From positions 144,665,778 through 144,729,777 of the forward strand of contig NC_068982.1 in the NCBI RefSeq assembly GCF_001194135.2: DNA of 64,000 bases. The letters run 5' to 3'. How positions within the stretch are numbered: the first letter of the stretch is position 1; each line of letters begins with the position of its first letter. The stretch comes from Octopus bimaculoides (Eukaryota). Of the stretch, positions 25,575 to 37,016 are shown one piece after another. Made by a program: the position numbers and the translations under genes. The notes beneath the pieces are model-generated. The model worked only from the letters and a program-made list of their open reading frames with translations, did no database searches and had not been told where the DNA came from.

Positions 25575-27490
25575 ATAGTTTTGAATTTTGTCACAAGGCC
25601 AGTAAGCAAAAGGGGAGGGGTAAGTTGATTACATTGACTCCAGTGTTTAACTGGTACTTATTTTGTCGACCCTGAAAAGATGAAAAGCAAAGTCGACCTT
25701 GGTGGAATTTGAACTCAGAATTTAAAGACAGACAAAATGTCGCTAAGCATTTTACCCAGTGTATTAACAATTCAGCCAGCTCACCACCTTAATGATAAAA
25801 ATAATCTTTTCTACTATAGGCACAAGGCCTGAAATTTTGGGGAAGGGGACTAGCCAATTACATCGACCCCATTGCTCGACTGGTACTTATTTTATCAACC
25901 CCAAAAGGATGAAAGGCAAAGTTCATATTAGTGGTATTTGAACTCAGAACTTAAAGACAGATGAAGTGCTGCTAAGTATTTTGCCTGGCATACAAATGAT
26001 TCTGCCATCTCACTGCCCTAACAATAATAACCCTTTCAATAGGACTGAAATTTTGAAGGAGGGGCTGTCAATTACTGTATTTTAACGTGTATAAGGAACC
26101 TTTTTTTGTCAAGAATTTGGTTTAAAAAAATGGAGGTTTCTTATACATGGATGGTATCATAATCCCTTACAAAAAATTTTTTTTCCAAATTTTAAGCCCC
26201 ACAAATTAGGGGGTTCTTTATATACGTTAAAATGACTGCTAGAGCTTAACTGGCACTTATTTCATTGATCCTGAAAGGATGAAAGGAAAAGTCAACCATA
26301 GCAGAATTTAAATTTAGAACATAAAGATGGATGAAATGCCACTGCGCATTTTGTCTGGTGTACTGATAATTCTGCCAGCTTGCTGCAGTGGCAGTAGCAG
26401 CAACAATTGTTTCAAACTTTGGCACAAGGCTAGTAATTTAGGATGAGAGGGAAGAGGGATAAGTTGATTACATTGACCCTGTTACTCAACTGGTATTTAT
26501 TTTATCAACTCTGAAAAGATGAAAGGCAGAGTCAATGATAGCAAAATTTGAATTCAGAACATAAAGAGCCAGAAGAAATGCTGCTAAGCATTTTGTCCAA
26601 TGTGCTAACAATTCTGCCAAATTCCTGCCTTGGCTTCAAATCTTGGCACAAGGCCAGTAATTTTAGGGGAGACCCTAGTACTTGATTGGAACTTTGTTTT
26701 ATGATACTTGAAAGTATACCAGACAAAGCTGATCTTAGCTGGACTTAAATTCAGAAAGTAAAAAAAAACAAAAAAAAACAACAACAAAAAAACAAACAAA
26801 CTGGAACAAATATCACAAAGCATTTTGTCCAATGCTCTAAAAATTCTGTCAGTCTCCTACACTAACAACAACAGCAACATTCCTTTCTACTATAGGCACA
26901 AGACCTGCAATTTTAGGAGGTGGGATTAGTCAATTACATTGATTCCAGTGTTCAATTGGTACTTATTTTACTGAGTCCTGAAAGGATGAAAGGCAAAGTC
27001 AACCTAAGCAGAATTTGAATGCAGAATATATAGATAGACAGAATCCTGGAAAGCATTTTGAATAATAATAATAATCATAATAAAATAGTAGCCAGCATGG
27101 AAGGCAGATGTTAAGTGATGATGACGATGATGACAGAATGTTTCAATTTTGGGGAGAGGATTACATTGTTTTAATTTGTCCTTTCCCCACAACAGAACAT
27201 TCCTGATACTTATTTTGTCAACTCCAAAGGGATAACAATTAAAGTCAATCCCTCGAAATATAAAATGTCTGGCTCTGGCACTCTGCTAATTCTATAATTT
27301 CTTTTCTTATATTGTTTACAATGTCCCATGTTTGTAGGGGTGGAATGTAGCAGACATCATTTGTTGAAATACTTTATCAACCCAGACAGGTTCAAAGGCC
27401 AAGTCAACTCGTGGAATTTGAACTCATGATGCAAAGAGATATATTATAAAGGCAGAAAAAGCATTTTGTCTGGTGCTGTACCAAATTCGT
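25575..27490 (-). mobile_element. Head-to-tail array of about 8 family-III tRNA SINEs
   Basis: The unit cacaaggcc...gattacat.gacccc...ggtacttatttt...aaggatgaaaggcaaagtc...tttgaactcagaa...aagcatttt recurs at ~25591, 25821, 26041, 26423, 26647, 26897, 27141 and 27330. Confidence 0.85.
26075..26233. mobile_element. Tc1/mariner-superfamily (pogo/Tc2-like) MITE inserted in a SINE
   Basis: TA|CTGTATTTTAACGTGTATAAGGAACC ... GGTTCTTTATATACGTTAAAAT. The right end is clipped. Confidence 0.65.
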
Positions 27491-27894
27491 CAATCAAGTA
27501 GTTTACAATACAAAAAAGAGAGAACTCAAGACTGAGATGGTAGTGTAAATAATTTAAGTTGAGAAATTCATTACAACTCAGAGTACTAAGTTATGTTAAA
27601 TTTTTCAACTTAAATGCATGCATGTGTGCACATCTTCATCATTATTTAATGTCCATGTTTCATGCTGGCATAGGTTGAAAGGTTTGGCAGGAACCGATGT
27701 TTCCAAGAATCACAACGATTTCCAGTGTCTGCTTAGCATGATTTTTATAGCTTTCTAACGCCAACATGGATTATATATCTGTCCATACACGTGTCCATTT
27801 TATATATAGTTAGGTAGAAAAATTGTGAAGCATTAAGTTGAAGGATCACTTACCACCTTTCAGATAAAACATTTTTTTATTTTTAAAAGTCACA

Positions 27895-28235
27895 GACATA
27901 ACTGGTGGTAAGAAGCTTGCCTCTAAACGACATGACTCAAGGTTCAGTCCTACTGTGTGGCACGTTGGGCGAATGTCTTCTACTATAACATCAGGCCAAC
28001 TAAAGCCTTGTGAATAGATTTAGTAAATGGAAACCAAAAAGAAGCCTGTTGTATTTATAAGTATATGTCTATGTGTGTTTTTGTTTTTGTCCTCAATCAC
28101 TACTTGTGGGTTTGTTTATGTCCCTGCAACTTATCTGCAGTAAATAAGTGCTGGGGTTAATCTGCTTGATTAAAATCTTTCAAAGTAGTGCCCCAGCACA
28201 ACCATGGTCCAGTGACTGAAACAAGTAAAGAGAAA
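27895..28235 (+). mobile_element. SINE family I, diverged
   Basis: Head tggtggtaagaagcttgc...ggttcagtcc.actg and tail gactgaaacaagtaaagag. Confidence 0.75.
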
Positions 28236-28964
28236 AGGCAAAGGTTGAGTGCTACTTTGAAGTCTTGCTTTAGTAGCCCTTATTATCAGATCAACGAAGG
28301 CTATGAAGCTGAAACTTTGAAGTAACTTCTATCTTTTCCTTGTAAAAATGATATTAGAAGCCTAAGAACTTCTCTAATTGTTACTTCGGGTTTAATGTCT
28401 CTGATTTTACAGATGGTACTGAAGATTAGAACAAGAATGTCCATCTAATCTTAAATTGACAAAGCTGGCAGAAAATTGGGGGAAATGCAGGCAATCTTGA
28501 ATGTGATACTGGACTTTGATTGAACACTGAACACAAGATTATTATATTGGTTTTATTTTTTTAACATGACTGGGTGAGTGTGTGCGGAAACTATATATGC
28601 TTTTGTTTTATGGGAACAGAATATAGTAAATTAAAGATGAATGATATAAAAAATTGTTATGAAAAATATTCTGGGGAAAAAAAAACAAAAAAACAAAAAA
28701 AAACGAAATGGACATTTGAGACTGGAATTATATTATGAATACTGATATTATTTAGAGCAGAAAATTTCCACAAACTGTGTGTGTGTATACATGTGGAGCT
28801 ATTCAGAAATTTGCCCAATGTGCTGTACATGCAATACATTGGGACTGAACCTGAAGCTATATGGTTGTAAAGTGACCTACAAACCACACAGACATGCACA
28901 TGCACATGTGTGCACGCACGCATATACACACACATATACATATATACACATACAGAAAGGTCAT

Positions 28965-29115
28965 CCTTGGTATTAGGAAGGGCATCCAACTGTAGAAACC
29001 ATGCCAAAGCAGACAGTAGAGCTTGGTGCAGTTCCCTGGCATGCCAACTCCTGTTGAATTGTGCAACCTATGCTAGCATGGAAGGTGGATGTTAAATGAT
29101 GGTGATGATGATGAT
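28965..29115 (+). mobile_element. RTE LINE short 3' terminal fragment
   Basis: ttaggaagggcatcca.ctgtagaaac...gctagcatggaa...(GAT)n. Confidence 0.7.
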
Positions 29116-29758
29116 ACTATGCATTCATACACATACACATAGAGATAAACACCCACAAACTTGAATATCTGCAGAAATAAGCACATATATATCTGAACTG
29201 GCACATCAAGCCTTGTACCAAAAATCACAAAACTACTGACATCACTGATTATTTAGAACTTAAAGTTGATGTATTATTTTACCAAACTTAACCCAAGAAC
29301 ACGATAAATTAAAAACTTTAAAAGGCAAAAAACTAAACCAATAAATTTGAGAGATGACGATTATTTTTATTTCATTATTTAGATATTTAAATTTGATTAT
29401 TTGTTTAGCCAAGTGAATTGACAGAAGTAAAGTGCTGGACTAAATTTTCTTGAAGTATTTAGTTTCGACCTTCTAAGGTCTAGCTTAAAATCTCACAAGC
29501 AATTGCTTTTAAATTCTTTCAGATTAGGGTTAGGGCTGAAATAGACGAGTGCAACACTGAATGCTTTTCACTATTTAGTTCCATCCATCTGCATTCTGAG
29601 TTCAAATACTGGTGCAGCTGGTTTTTGTCTTTCATTCCTCTAGAGCAGTATTCCTCAACCATTTTTTTTTTTATCTATGGATCCCTTTGATTACCATTTT
29701 ATTCAGATGGACTCTCTTAGTAATTCAATGTTGAAAAAATCATATTATTTATGATTAA

Positions 29759-29957
29759 CCCTTTAGCATCCTGTCAAATGTAATGGTTATTTTGAATCAA
29801 TCCTGTATTATCTTGTAGCTCCAAGATTTTGATGATGTGATAACACATGTTTAGAATGACAATGTAGGCTAGGTGGGAGAGGCTAGATCTAGCTAGTATG
29901 AACATAAAAACAGATAAAATATTTTGGTCGGATATGACCAGTTTAAACACTAAGGGG
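29759..29957 (-). mobile_element. TTAA-flanked MITE, nested in a hAT-like fragment (from ~29643)
   Basis: TTAA at 29755-29758 and 29958-29961, CCC...GGG termini. The interior is the reverse complement of the 16.2 kb copy. Confidence 0.8.
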
Positions 29958-30034
29958 TTAAATATTATTCAGAATTGTATGAAAAAAATTGTTAAAATAT
30001 TTTGTGTATTGTACAGGTGTACTCTCTCTTTTAT

Positions 30035-30420
30035 TCTCTTTTACTTGTTTCAGTCATCTGACTGCGGCCATGCTGGAGCACTGCCTTTAGTCGAGCAAAT
30101 CGACCCCAGGACTTATTCTTTGTAAGCCTACTATTTATGCTATCGGGTCTCTTTTGCCGAACCGCTAAGTTATGGGGACGTAAACACACCAGCATTGGTT
30201 GTCAAGCGATGTTGGGGGGACAAACACAGACACACAAACATATATATATACATATATACGATGGGCTTCTTTCAGTTTCCGTCTACCAAATCCACTCACA
30301 AGGCTTTGGTCGGCCTGAGGCTATAGTAGAAGACACTTGCCCAAGATGCCACGCAGTGGGAATGAACCCAGAACCATGTGGTTAGTAAGCAAGCTACTCA
30401 CCACACAGCCACTCCTGCAC
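30035..30420 (-). mobile_element. SINE family I, full-length young copy
   Basis: Near-identical to 12690-13075. Confidence 0.85.
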
Positions 30421-30684
30421 CTCAATTTATTGCACATAAATTTCAACAACAAAATCTTGTGGGGCACATAAGGTATGACAGCCACTACTCTAGAGATTGA
30501 TTAAATAAGTCTAACTCATATGTTAGGGAAAAATCAATAACACATATCTCTTTCCTCAAGGAAATTGGCAGTTGTTTAGCCCCGGGTCAGCCTTGATTCA
30601 GCAGGCCTATGATCAAAGACGTTTAAGCCATGACCATCTCATCTTTTATTCAGACATGATATATTTAGAACTACATTATATGAT

Positions 30685-30956
30685 ACATTATTTACATTCA
30701 ACGGATATTTGTCCTCATCTTGTTTGTTGTTAACACAATGTTCCGGCTGATATACCCTCCAGCCTTCTTCAGGTGTCTTGGGGAAATTTCAAACCTGGGT
30801 TCTCATTCCTAAAGTATTTTTCAATGTTATCATTATTATTATTATTATTATTGTTGTTGTTGTTGTTGTTGGTGTTCAGGCCACTGCTTCGAATCGAACT
30901 CAGAATCTTGGGGTTAGTAGCCCGCGCTCTTAACCACTACGCCATATGCCCGTGGG
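30685..30956 (-). mobile_element. tRNA-headed SINE with internal (AAC)n(AAT)n and a hammerhead-like 3' module
   Basis: 11-bp TSD CATTATATGAT (30674-30684 and 30957-30967). Head with A box TGGCGTAGTGG and B box GAGTTCGATTC. The 3' module is shared with 61500-61640. It is nested in an older repeat. Confidence 0.8.
30732..30777 (-). ncRNA. Minimal (PLE-type) hammerhead-like motif, two core substitutions
   Basis: GACAC CTGAAGA a GGCTG gagggtatat CAGCC GGAA CA TT GTGTT. Stems I and II are intact; GAAA is changed to GGAA and ACGT to ACAT. Confidence 0.6.
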
Positions 30957-31689
30957 CATTATATGATGTTTCCGTCAGTTTTTGAGGGTGTGATCTGATG
31001 GTGATATTGCTGCTATTTCTAGCAGGTCTAACAACCACACACAGATTCCCTCATAGGCTCTTATTTTCCTTAGCTTAAAAATAATGATTTGAAAGACTTT
31101 AGGTTGAGCAGGAGCTAAGCAACATTTCAATGCCAAACATTTAGTTCAAATTCTACTAGGACATCTTTATATTTCATCCTACAGGCAGTGGGGTGGTAGA
31201 AAGTTTATGAAAAAGAGATGTAAAATACTGTAATAAATTTAATTAGGTTTAACTACTCTGTCCACACATACACACACATACCACATACAATTAAAAAAAA
31301 GTAAATAAGCATTTTGTACTTAGTAACAAAACATTCTTTGTTATATACTGTCTTGCTCATAAATTTGGTTTACAACTGTGACAACAAGACTTGATATACA
31401 GAGCACAATATAATATAATATACCAACTTACAGAATTCCTCCTTTGTTCTTTTATATACACTGGGAAGTGTATATTACTTATTAATTTTGTGAGTTGGTT
31501 GGTTGGTTAGTTGTGAATCTTGAATCTGGAGAAAAGAAAAAAAAAAAAATAGACAATGATATTTGCAACAACAGCAACCTTGTAAACTGGTATAATGAAC
31601 AAGACATTGGTCTTTGCTATCTTTCATACTTCCTTAGAAGACTATCAAATGGTTAATGTCATTTATCATCATCACTATCATAATAGTAA

Positions 31690-31915
31690 TAGTAGTAAGG
31701 CAGTAAGCTGGCAGACTCATTATCATGCCAGGCAAAATGCTTAGCACTATTTTGTCTGTCTTAATGTTCAGATCTCAGATTCCGCTGAGGTTGACTTTAT
31801 TAATTATCCTTTCAGCATCAAAAAAATAAGTACCAGTCAAGTACTGGGGTAGATGTAATTGACTTAACTCATCCCTCAAAAATTGCTGGCTCTGCGCTCC
31901 AATTTGAAACTATTA
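31690..31915 (+). mobile_element. Family-III tRNA SINE
   Basis: aaggcagtaagctggcaga...gcaaaatgcttagc...ttccgctgaggttgacttt...aataagtaccag. Confidence 0.8.
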
Positions 31916-32364
31916 TATGAACAGTAGTATCATTGTTGTTAGAGTGCTAGAGACCAGTAGGGGGATGGGGGCATGGGGGTGGGGATAAAAAAGAAAAGAA
32001 AAGAAATATGTCTCTTTAAACTATAAACTATCTTCTATCTTTTACTGCCTCTCCTTTTAAGAAACTTCATAGAATATTGAATTTAACTTAATTTGGGTCT
32101 TGAGTTATGCCATGTTGACAATCCCAAAAGAGGATGAAAGAGTACTATACACATGACTAAAATCTTTAAGAAATTCATTTTATGTAAGAAAAAATTTTAA
32201 AAAAATTAAAATTAAATACACATGCTCTTCAGAATAACTAAGTTTAACTTATGCAAACTATGTATTCAAAATGCTTTATGTTATTTAGAATATTTTATCT
32301 GCATCACATGAGATTCTGGGTTTGTAGCTCATTGGGAATGACTTGGGGTTTCTTATTATCCCTC

Positions 32365-32740
32365 TGGAGTTGATAAAATAAGTAACAATTAAGTTGAAAA
32401 GAAATAAAGTTTCTGTTCAGCAGTAGGGTTGATAAAATGAGTACAAATAAAATATTGAGGTTGATCTAACCGACACCTGTTAAGAACTAAGTGGGTGGAT
32501 GATAGAATAAATACCTGTTAATAACTAGTACTGGGAAATGGTAAGGCAAACATTAGTCAAATACTGGAACTGACCAAATAAATACCAATTATGTATTGAA
32601 GTTGGTCCAATTTACACAGGTTAAGAACTGGAGGGGCTGATAAAATGAAGTAGTATTTGAATACAGGAGTCAATAAAATGCCAGTTAAAAACTTGAGGCA
32701 AAAATGTAATAAAATAAGCATTGGTTAAGTGCTGGGGGAG
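32365..32740 (+). repeat. Degenerate ~33-bp tandem repeat derived from the SINE central motif
   Basis: About 10 variants of ggttgataaaataagtaccagttaagtactg in succession. Confidence 0.55.
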
Positions 32741-33143
32741 AAGCAGTGGTCGATCTGACTGACTACAACCTTCAACAAAATTTACGACCATTTTGTCTAT
32801 AATGGATATTCATTCATTGGTCAGTGGATTGACAGAATCAGTAGAGTGTGGGACAAAATGCTTTGCAGTATTTAGTTACATAATTTTATATTCTTAATTC
32901 ATAACCTGCAAGACAGGTGTAAGGAGAAAGTGATTTTGTTTCACATTCTTTTGGAGTCCACAAAATAAGTACCAGTTAAATACTGGGCTGCTTAAATCAA
33001 ATTATTTCAGACACTTGGCACAATGGTAAATTTTCAGCAAATAAAACCCTGAATCTAGTTTCAATGTCCATTTGGAATAGCTTCACTTATTATCACTGAA
33101 CATCACAATTTTTCTTGTTGCTGTTGTTCTTGTTCTATGTGGT

Positions 33144-33146
33144 GAG

Positions 33147-33188
<42 letters not shown>

Positions 33189-33198
33189 GTTATTGTTA

Positions 33199-33269
<71 letters not shown>

Positions 33270-33283
33270 GTTGTTGTTGTTGA
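33144..33283. repeat. (ATT)n/(GTT)n microsatellite
   Basis: Direct reading. Confidence 0.95.
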
Positions 33284-33443
33284 TTGAGTGGAATAGAACT
33301 TAAACAAACAAGCTATAGATCTATGTCTTTGGTATCACTATATATCTGAAGTGAATACTTTGGCAAGTGTTTGCTAAGAAGGCACCAACCACCCACCCAC
33401 CCACTCCCAATACTAACTCAGAGACCATCTAAANNNNNNNNNN

Positions 33444-33484
<41 letters not shown>

Positions 33485-34921
33485 GTTGTTGTTGTTGATT
33501 GAGTGGAATAGAACTTAAACAAACAAGCTATAGATCTATGTCTTTGGTATCACTATATATCTGAAGTGAATACTTTGGCAAGTGTTTGCTAAGAAGGCAC
33601 CAACCACCCACCCACCCACTCCCAATACTAACTCAGAGACCATCTAAAAGAAAAACAAAATCAAAAAATTTTAAACTACATTGTGCCTGCCTATAGTGGG
33701 AGAGTTAAGAATAAGTCCCTTGTTTTGCTCAAAGAAAAACAGACAAATGATTGTGTGTGGGTGATCAAGAAAGATTTCCTTCTGCAGATAAGAATCAAAT
33801 TTTTGAATTTGTTTTGTTTAGTTACATTTTAACTAGACGTCTACAGCTGATCAAAAGCTGAAACATTCTAATAGGATTTGCACTGATACATATTTCATTT
33901 TCTTTTTTCTTTGTTTATGAACATGTTTTAATCTAAACATTCTTTGCTATTAAAATCAAAAACCAAGTTAATATAGTGTTTTTTTCTTCTTTCAAATAGT
34001 TTTTGGTGTTTGACCTAATTCAATAGCACCACCTGTCCTTTGGGTGTTTTTAGTTGCAAATGTCCTGGTCAAATTTCAGGTTTGAGATAATTTCGTCCTA
34101 TCCTCTGATGACCAATCTTGGAGGTTTGAAAAAGGGGGTTGTGGGCACCGCCCTTCTTTCCGGAACTAAACCATTATATATTTGTGTGTTTTCTTTCTTG
34201 TCACTTTTATTTCATGTCAATGAATAATCCTCAGTTATGCTTTTAAGCCTCTATTTTACAATGTAGTCATGGTTCTGGGATGAGATATGTTGGCAAACAA
34301 TTTTCAACTGTATTATCATACTATCTGCCAAGCTATACTAATTCAAACACACTTTCAGTGTTCTAACACTGAAGATTTCCTTAACACCACAATAAAGCTG
34401 TGTTACTGTGATATGAACCAAAAGGCTGAACAGATACAGCTGCTTGGCTATGAGAGACAGAAGTAGGTTTATACTGCCTTTATTCATCCTATCCTTACTG
34501 TTATGGCTAATGTGGAAGCCACAACCTGTTCATTAGTATTCATAAACAACCTCCCGATTTGGCTAGGTGGTAGCAAATTCTATTAATGTGTGTAATAAGA
34601 AAGAGATAAAACACTGTTGCTGTGGTTTAGCTTGAAGTCAGTCTTAAATGAACAAACCTAAGAATAAAAGTATTTCAGTTATAATCACCAGGTCTTTTTT
34701 TTTTAATGATTACATTATCCAATTCAGTCTTTTTTTTTTTTTTGCAAATTGAAGGATGTGATTTTGTGATTTCATGGAGATTTGCCTGCTATTTCTAACA
34801 TGTATGATTCCATAGAAGTATTCTCATTGGTCAAGAGTATATTTGTTGTTTGCTGTTGTTCAGGGCTCTTCTTGATATTTGTTTTTAGGATTGTCATCTA
34901 TCAGGCAGTACCTTATCATAA

Positions 34922-35239
34922 GTGAAGGCACATAGCTCAGTGGTTTGCATGTTGGACTCATAATCATGAAGTAGTGAGTTCAATTTCCGGACCAGGCTGT
35001 GTGTTGTGTTTATGAGCAAGACACTTTATTTCACATTGCTCCAGTTCATTCAGCTGTAGAAATGAGTTGTGACATTACTGATGCCAAACTGTATTGGCCT
35101 TTGCCTTATCCCTTGGATAACATCAATGGTGTGGTATGCTGGTATGCATTGACTACTGCTGGTCTTCCATAAACAACTTTGCCTGGAGGGAAACTTTCTA
35201 GGTGCAATTCCATGGACATTCATGACTAAAGGAGGTCTT
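34922..35239 (+). mobile_element. tRNA-derived SINE (head 1, core, tail X)
   Basis: 13-bp TSD TACCTTATCATAA (34909-34921 and 35240-35252). A/B-box-like head, core tgagcaagacactttatttcac. Confidence 0.85.
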
Positions 35240-35586
35240 TACCTTATCATAAAGCAGAAGCTAGGAACCCTTTCTGGGTTCAATGGAGTGAATTGCCCTC
35301 ATTTATTGCTAGATGTTGGTAAAGATGACTGTGCATAGATGATTACATTTATTGATTTGTTCAAATGAAACGTGTATCTACTTGCTATGTCTTAGGAAAG
35401 ATTGTCCTTTATATAGATATAATAATTCTAAAAAAAAATAAAAAAATACCATATCCTTTTAGTTAACCAACATAAAATGACTAGACCAATCTATTGGCTT
35501 GCCATTCTTTTCTAGAAAAAAAGAAAAAAACTGATCCCTTCAAGAATAAATAAAAATGTTAAATTAAGGTTATCAATTTTAAGTTC

Positions 35587-35912
35587 AGAAGTAATGCTTA
35601 TCGCCACTTATATATGGCTGATCCGTAGGAATCGATATTACTGCTATTTTTAACCCTAGAAGGACCCCCTGCTCCAGCTGGTTATTCGATGCAATCTGCA
35701 CCCCATATATATTACAAGCAGGGAAGTAAACCCTTACCATATTCCAGCCATGAGTCCACCAGACTGTATGGATTCGACCTTTTTGCAATATATATCAGGT
35801 GCAGATTGCATCAAATAACCAGCTAGTGGAGGCATCTTCCTGGGGTTAAAAATAGCAGTAACATTGGTTTCTACAGAACATCCATGTTCAAGTGGCAATA
35901 AGCATTATTTCT
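35587..35912. mobile_element. Fold-back element/MITE with ~125-bp inverted arms
   Basis: 35587-35713 is the reverse complement of 35787-35912 with scattered, mostly transition, mismatches. No clear TSD. Confidence 0.75.
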
Positions 35913-36982
35913 CACGATAGTTACAGCTTTCATCTCTTATAGAGATTTTCTAACTAGCTATTTTAAGTTCATCATCATCATAATCATTTTATGTCTTTTT
36001 TCCATGCTGGTATGAATTGAAGGGTTTTTGACAGGAGCTGGCCAGCCAGAGACCTGTACCAGGCACCAATTGTCTGTTTTGGCATGGTTTCTATGACTAG
36101 ATGCCCTTCAAATATCAGCCACTTTACAGACTGTTCTGGGTGCTTCTATGAAGGCAAACTATTTGTGTAGTTTGCTAATTTTATGATAAAACTGTGTTGC
36201 CAACTACTTGAAAATATTTTTTTCTAGATTTAAACCAAAACTGTATGTGTTGTTTGCTAAGTGAGATTGCATTGTCTACTAGTTTTAGGGTAAAACTTTG
36301 TGTTGTTTGCAAGTTAAAACTAACTTGTGGAAAGTTATAGATTCAGTCATTCAATCATGTCTTTCCCTTCATGTAATTTCCAATAACAAAACTTCATCTT
36401 GAAGCTATCAGAAGCTTATTTTCTTTCTACATACTTACATGTCATGAAACAAATGTCCCTTTGGACAGGATACAAAGTGACTATCTCCAGGAGAGATTCA
36501 AAGCCAACTAAATTTAGTCTCAGCCTATCATTGCAAATATTTTTATTTTCTCAATTCTAGAGAGATAAATGGGAAACATCAACCCAAGAGGGATTTGAAC
36601 TCTGAACATAGAGGGGCTAAACTAAATAATATAAGCTTTTTAGTCTTAACGTTACTGTTTCTGCCAGTTTCAAGTATAAAACAAATAAATTAAATTTCTA
36701 AAATATATAAATAAATGTGAATGAAATTTTCTGTCTTGAAGTTTGTAGATTTAGTTTTCTGTCCTGTCAAGTGTTGGGTTAAACGGTCATGTTATTGGGT
36801 TAAGTTTGGTAAATAATTCAATCAACTTTAATGAAACTAGATAATAATAAATGGTGTCAGTGGTTAGGTGGATGTTGGTCTGAAGTTTCTTTTGCCAGTG
36901 TGTAGGTGTTTATATCTTGGGCTTGGAGGTTGAGAGGGTGGGGACTGTGTGTATTTTGTGCACACAGACGGACAGACAGACA

Positions 36983-37016
<34 letters not shown>

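Noticed and set aside
25575-27490. Regularly spaced repeats resembling a CRISPR array (also the RTE 3' UTR units and 32.4-32.7 kb)
   Set aside because: Eukaryotic context, degenerate units with no unique spacers, and no cas genes; explained by retroposons.
30876-30952. tRNA-like heads (also at 9540, 34922, 46680, 47110 and 59050) as genuine tRNA genes
   Set aside because: Cloverleaves are incomplete and most are embedded in TSD-bounded SINEs.
33083-33307. Poly-Ile/poly-Leu ORFs, and similar poly-Ser, poly-Asp and HT/YI/CV-repeat ORFs throughout the track
   Set aside because: They are translations of microsatellites and SINE interiors, with no splice or domain support.
33231-33645. Apparent ~200-bp tandem duplication around a 10-N gap
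   Set aside because: Identical flanks on both sides of a fixed-size gap indicate an unmerged contig or haplotype overlap, not biology.
34105-34135. CTGATGA followed by GAAA (also isolated CTGATGA at ~8929, ~24202, ~41651 and ~42482)
   Set aside because: No stem II abutting GAAA and no stem I or III partner; expected by chance.
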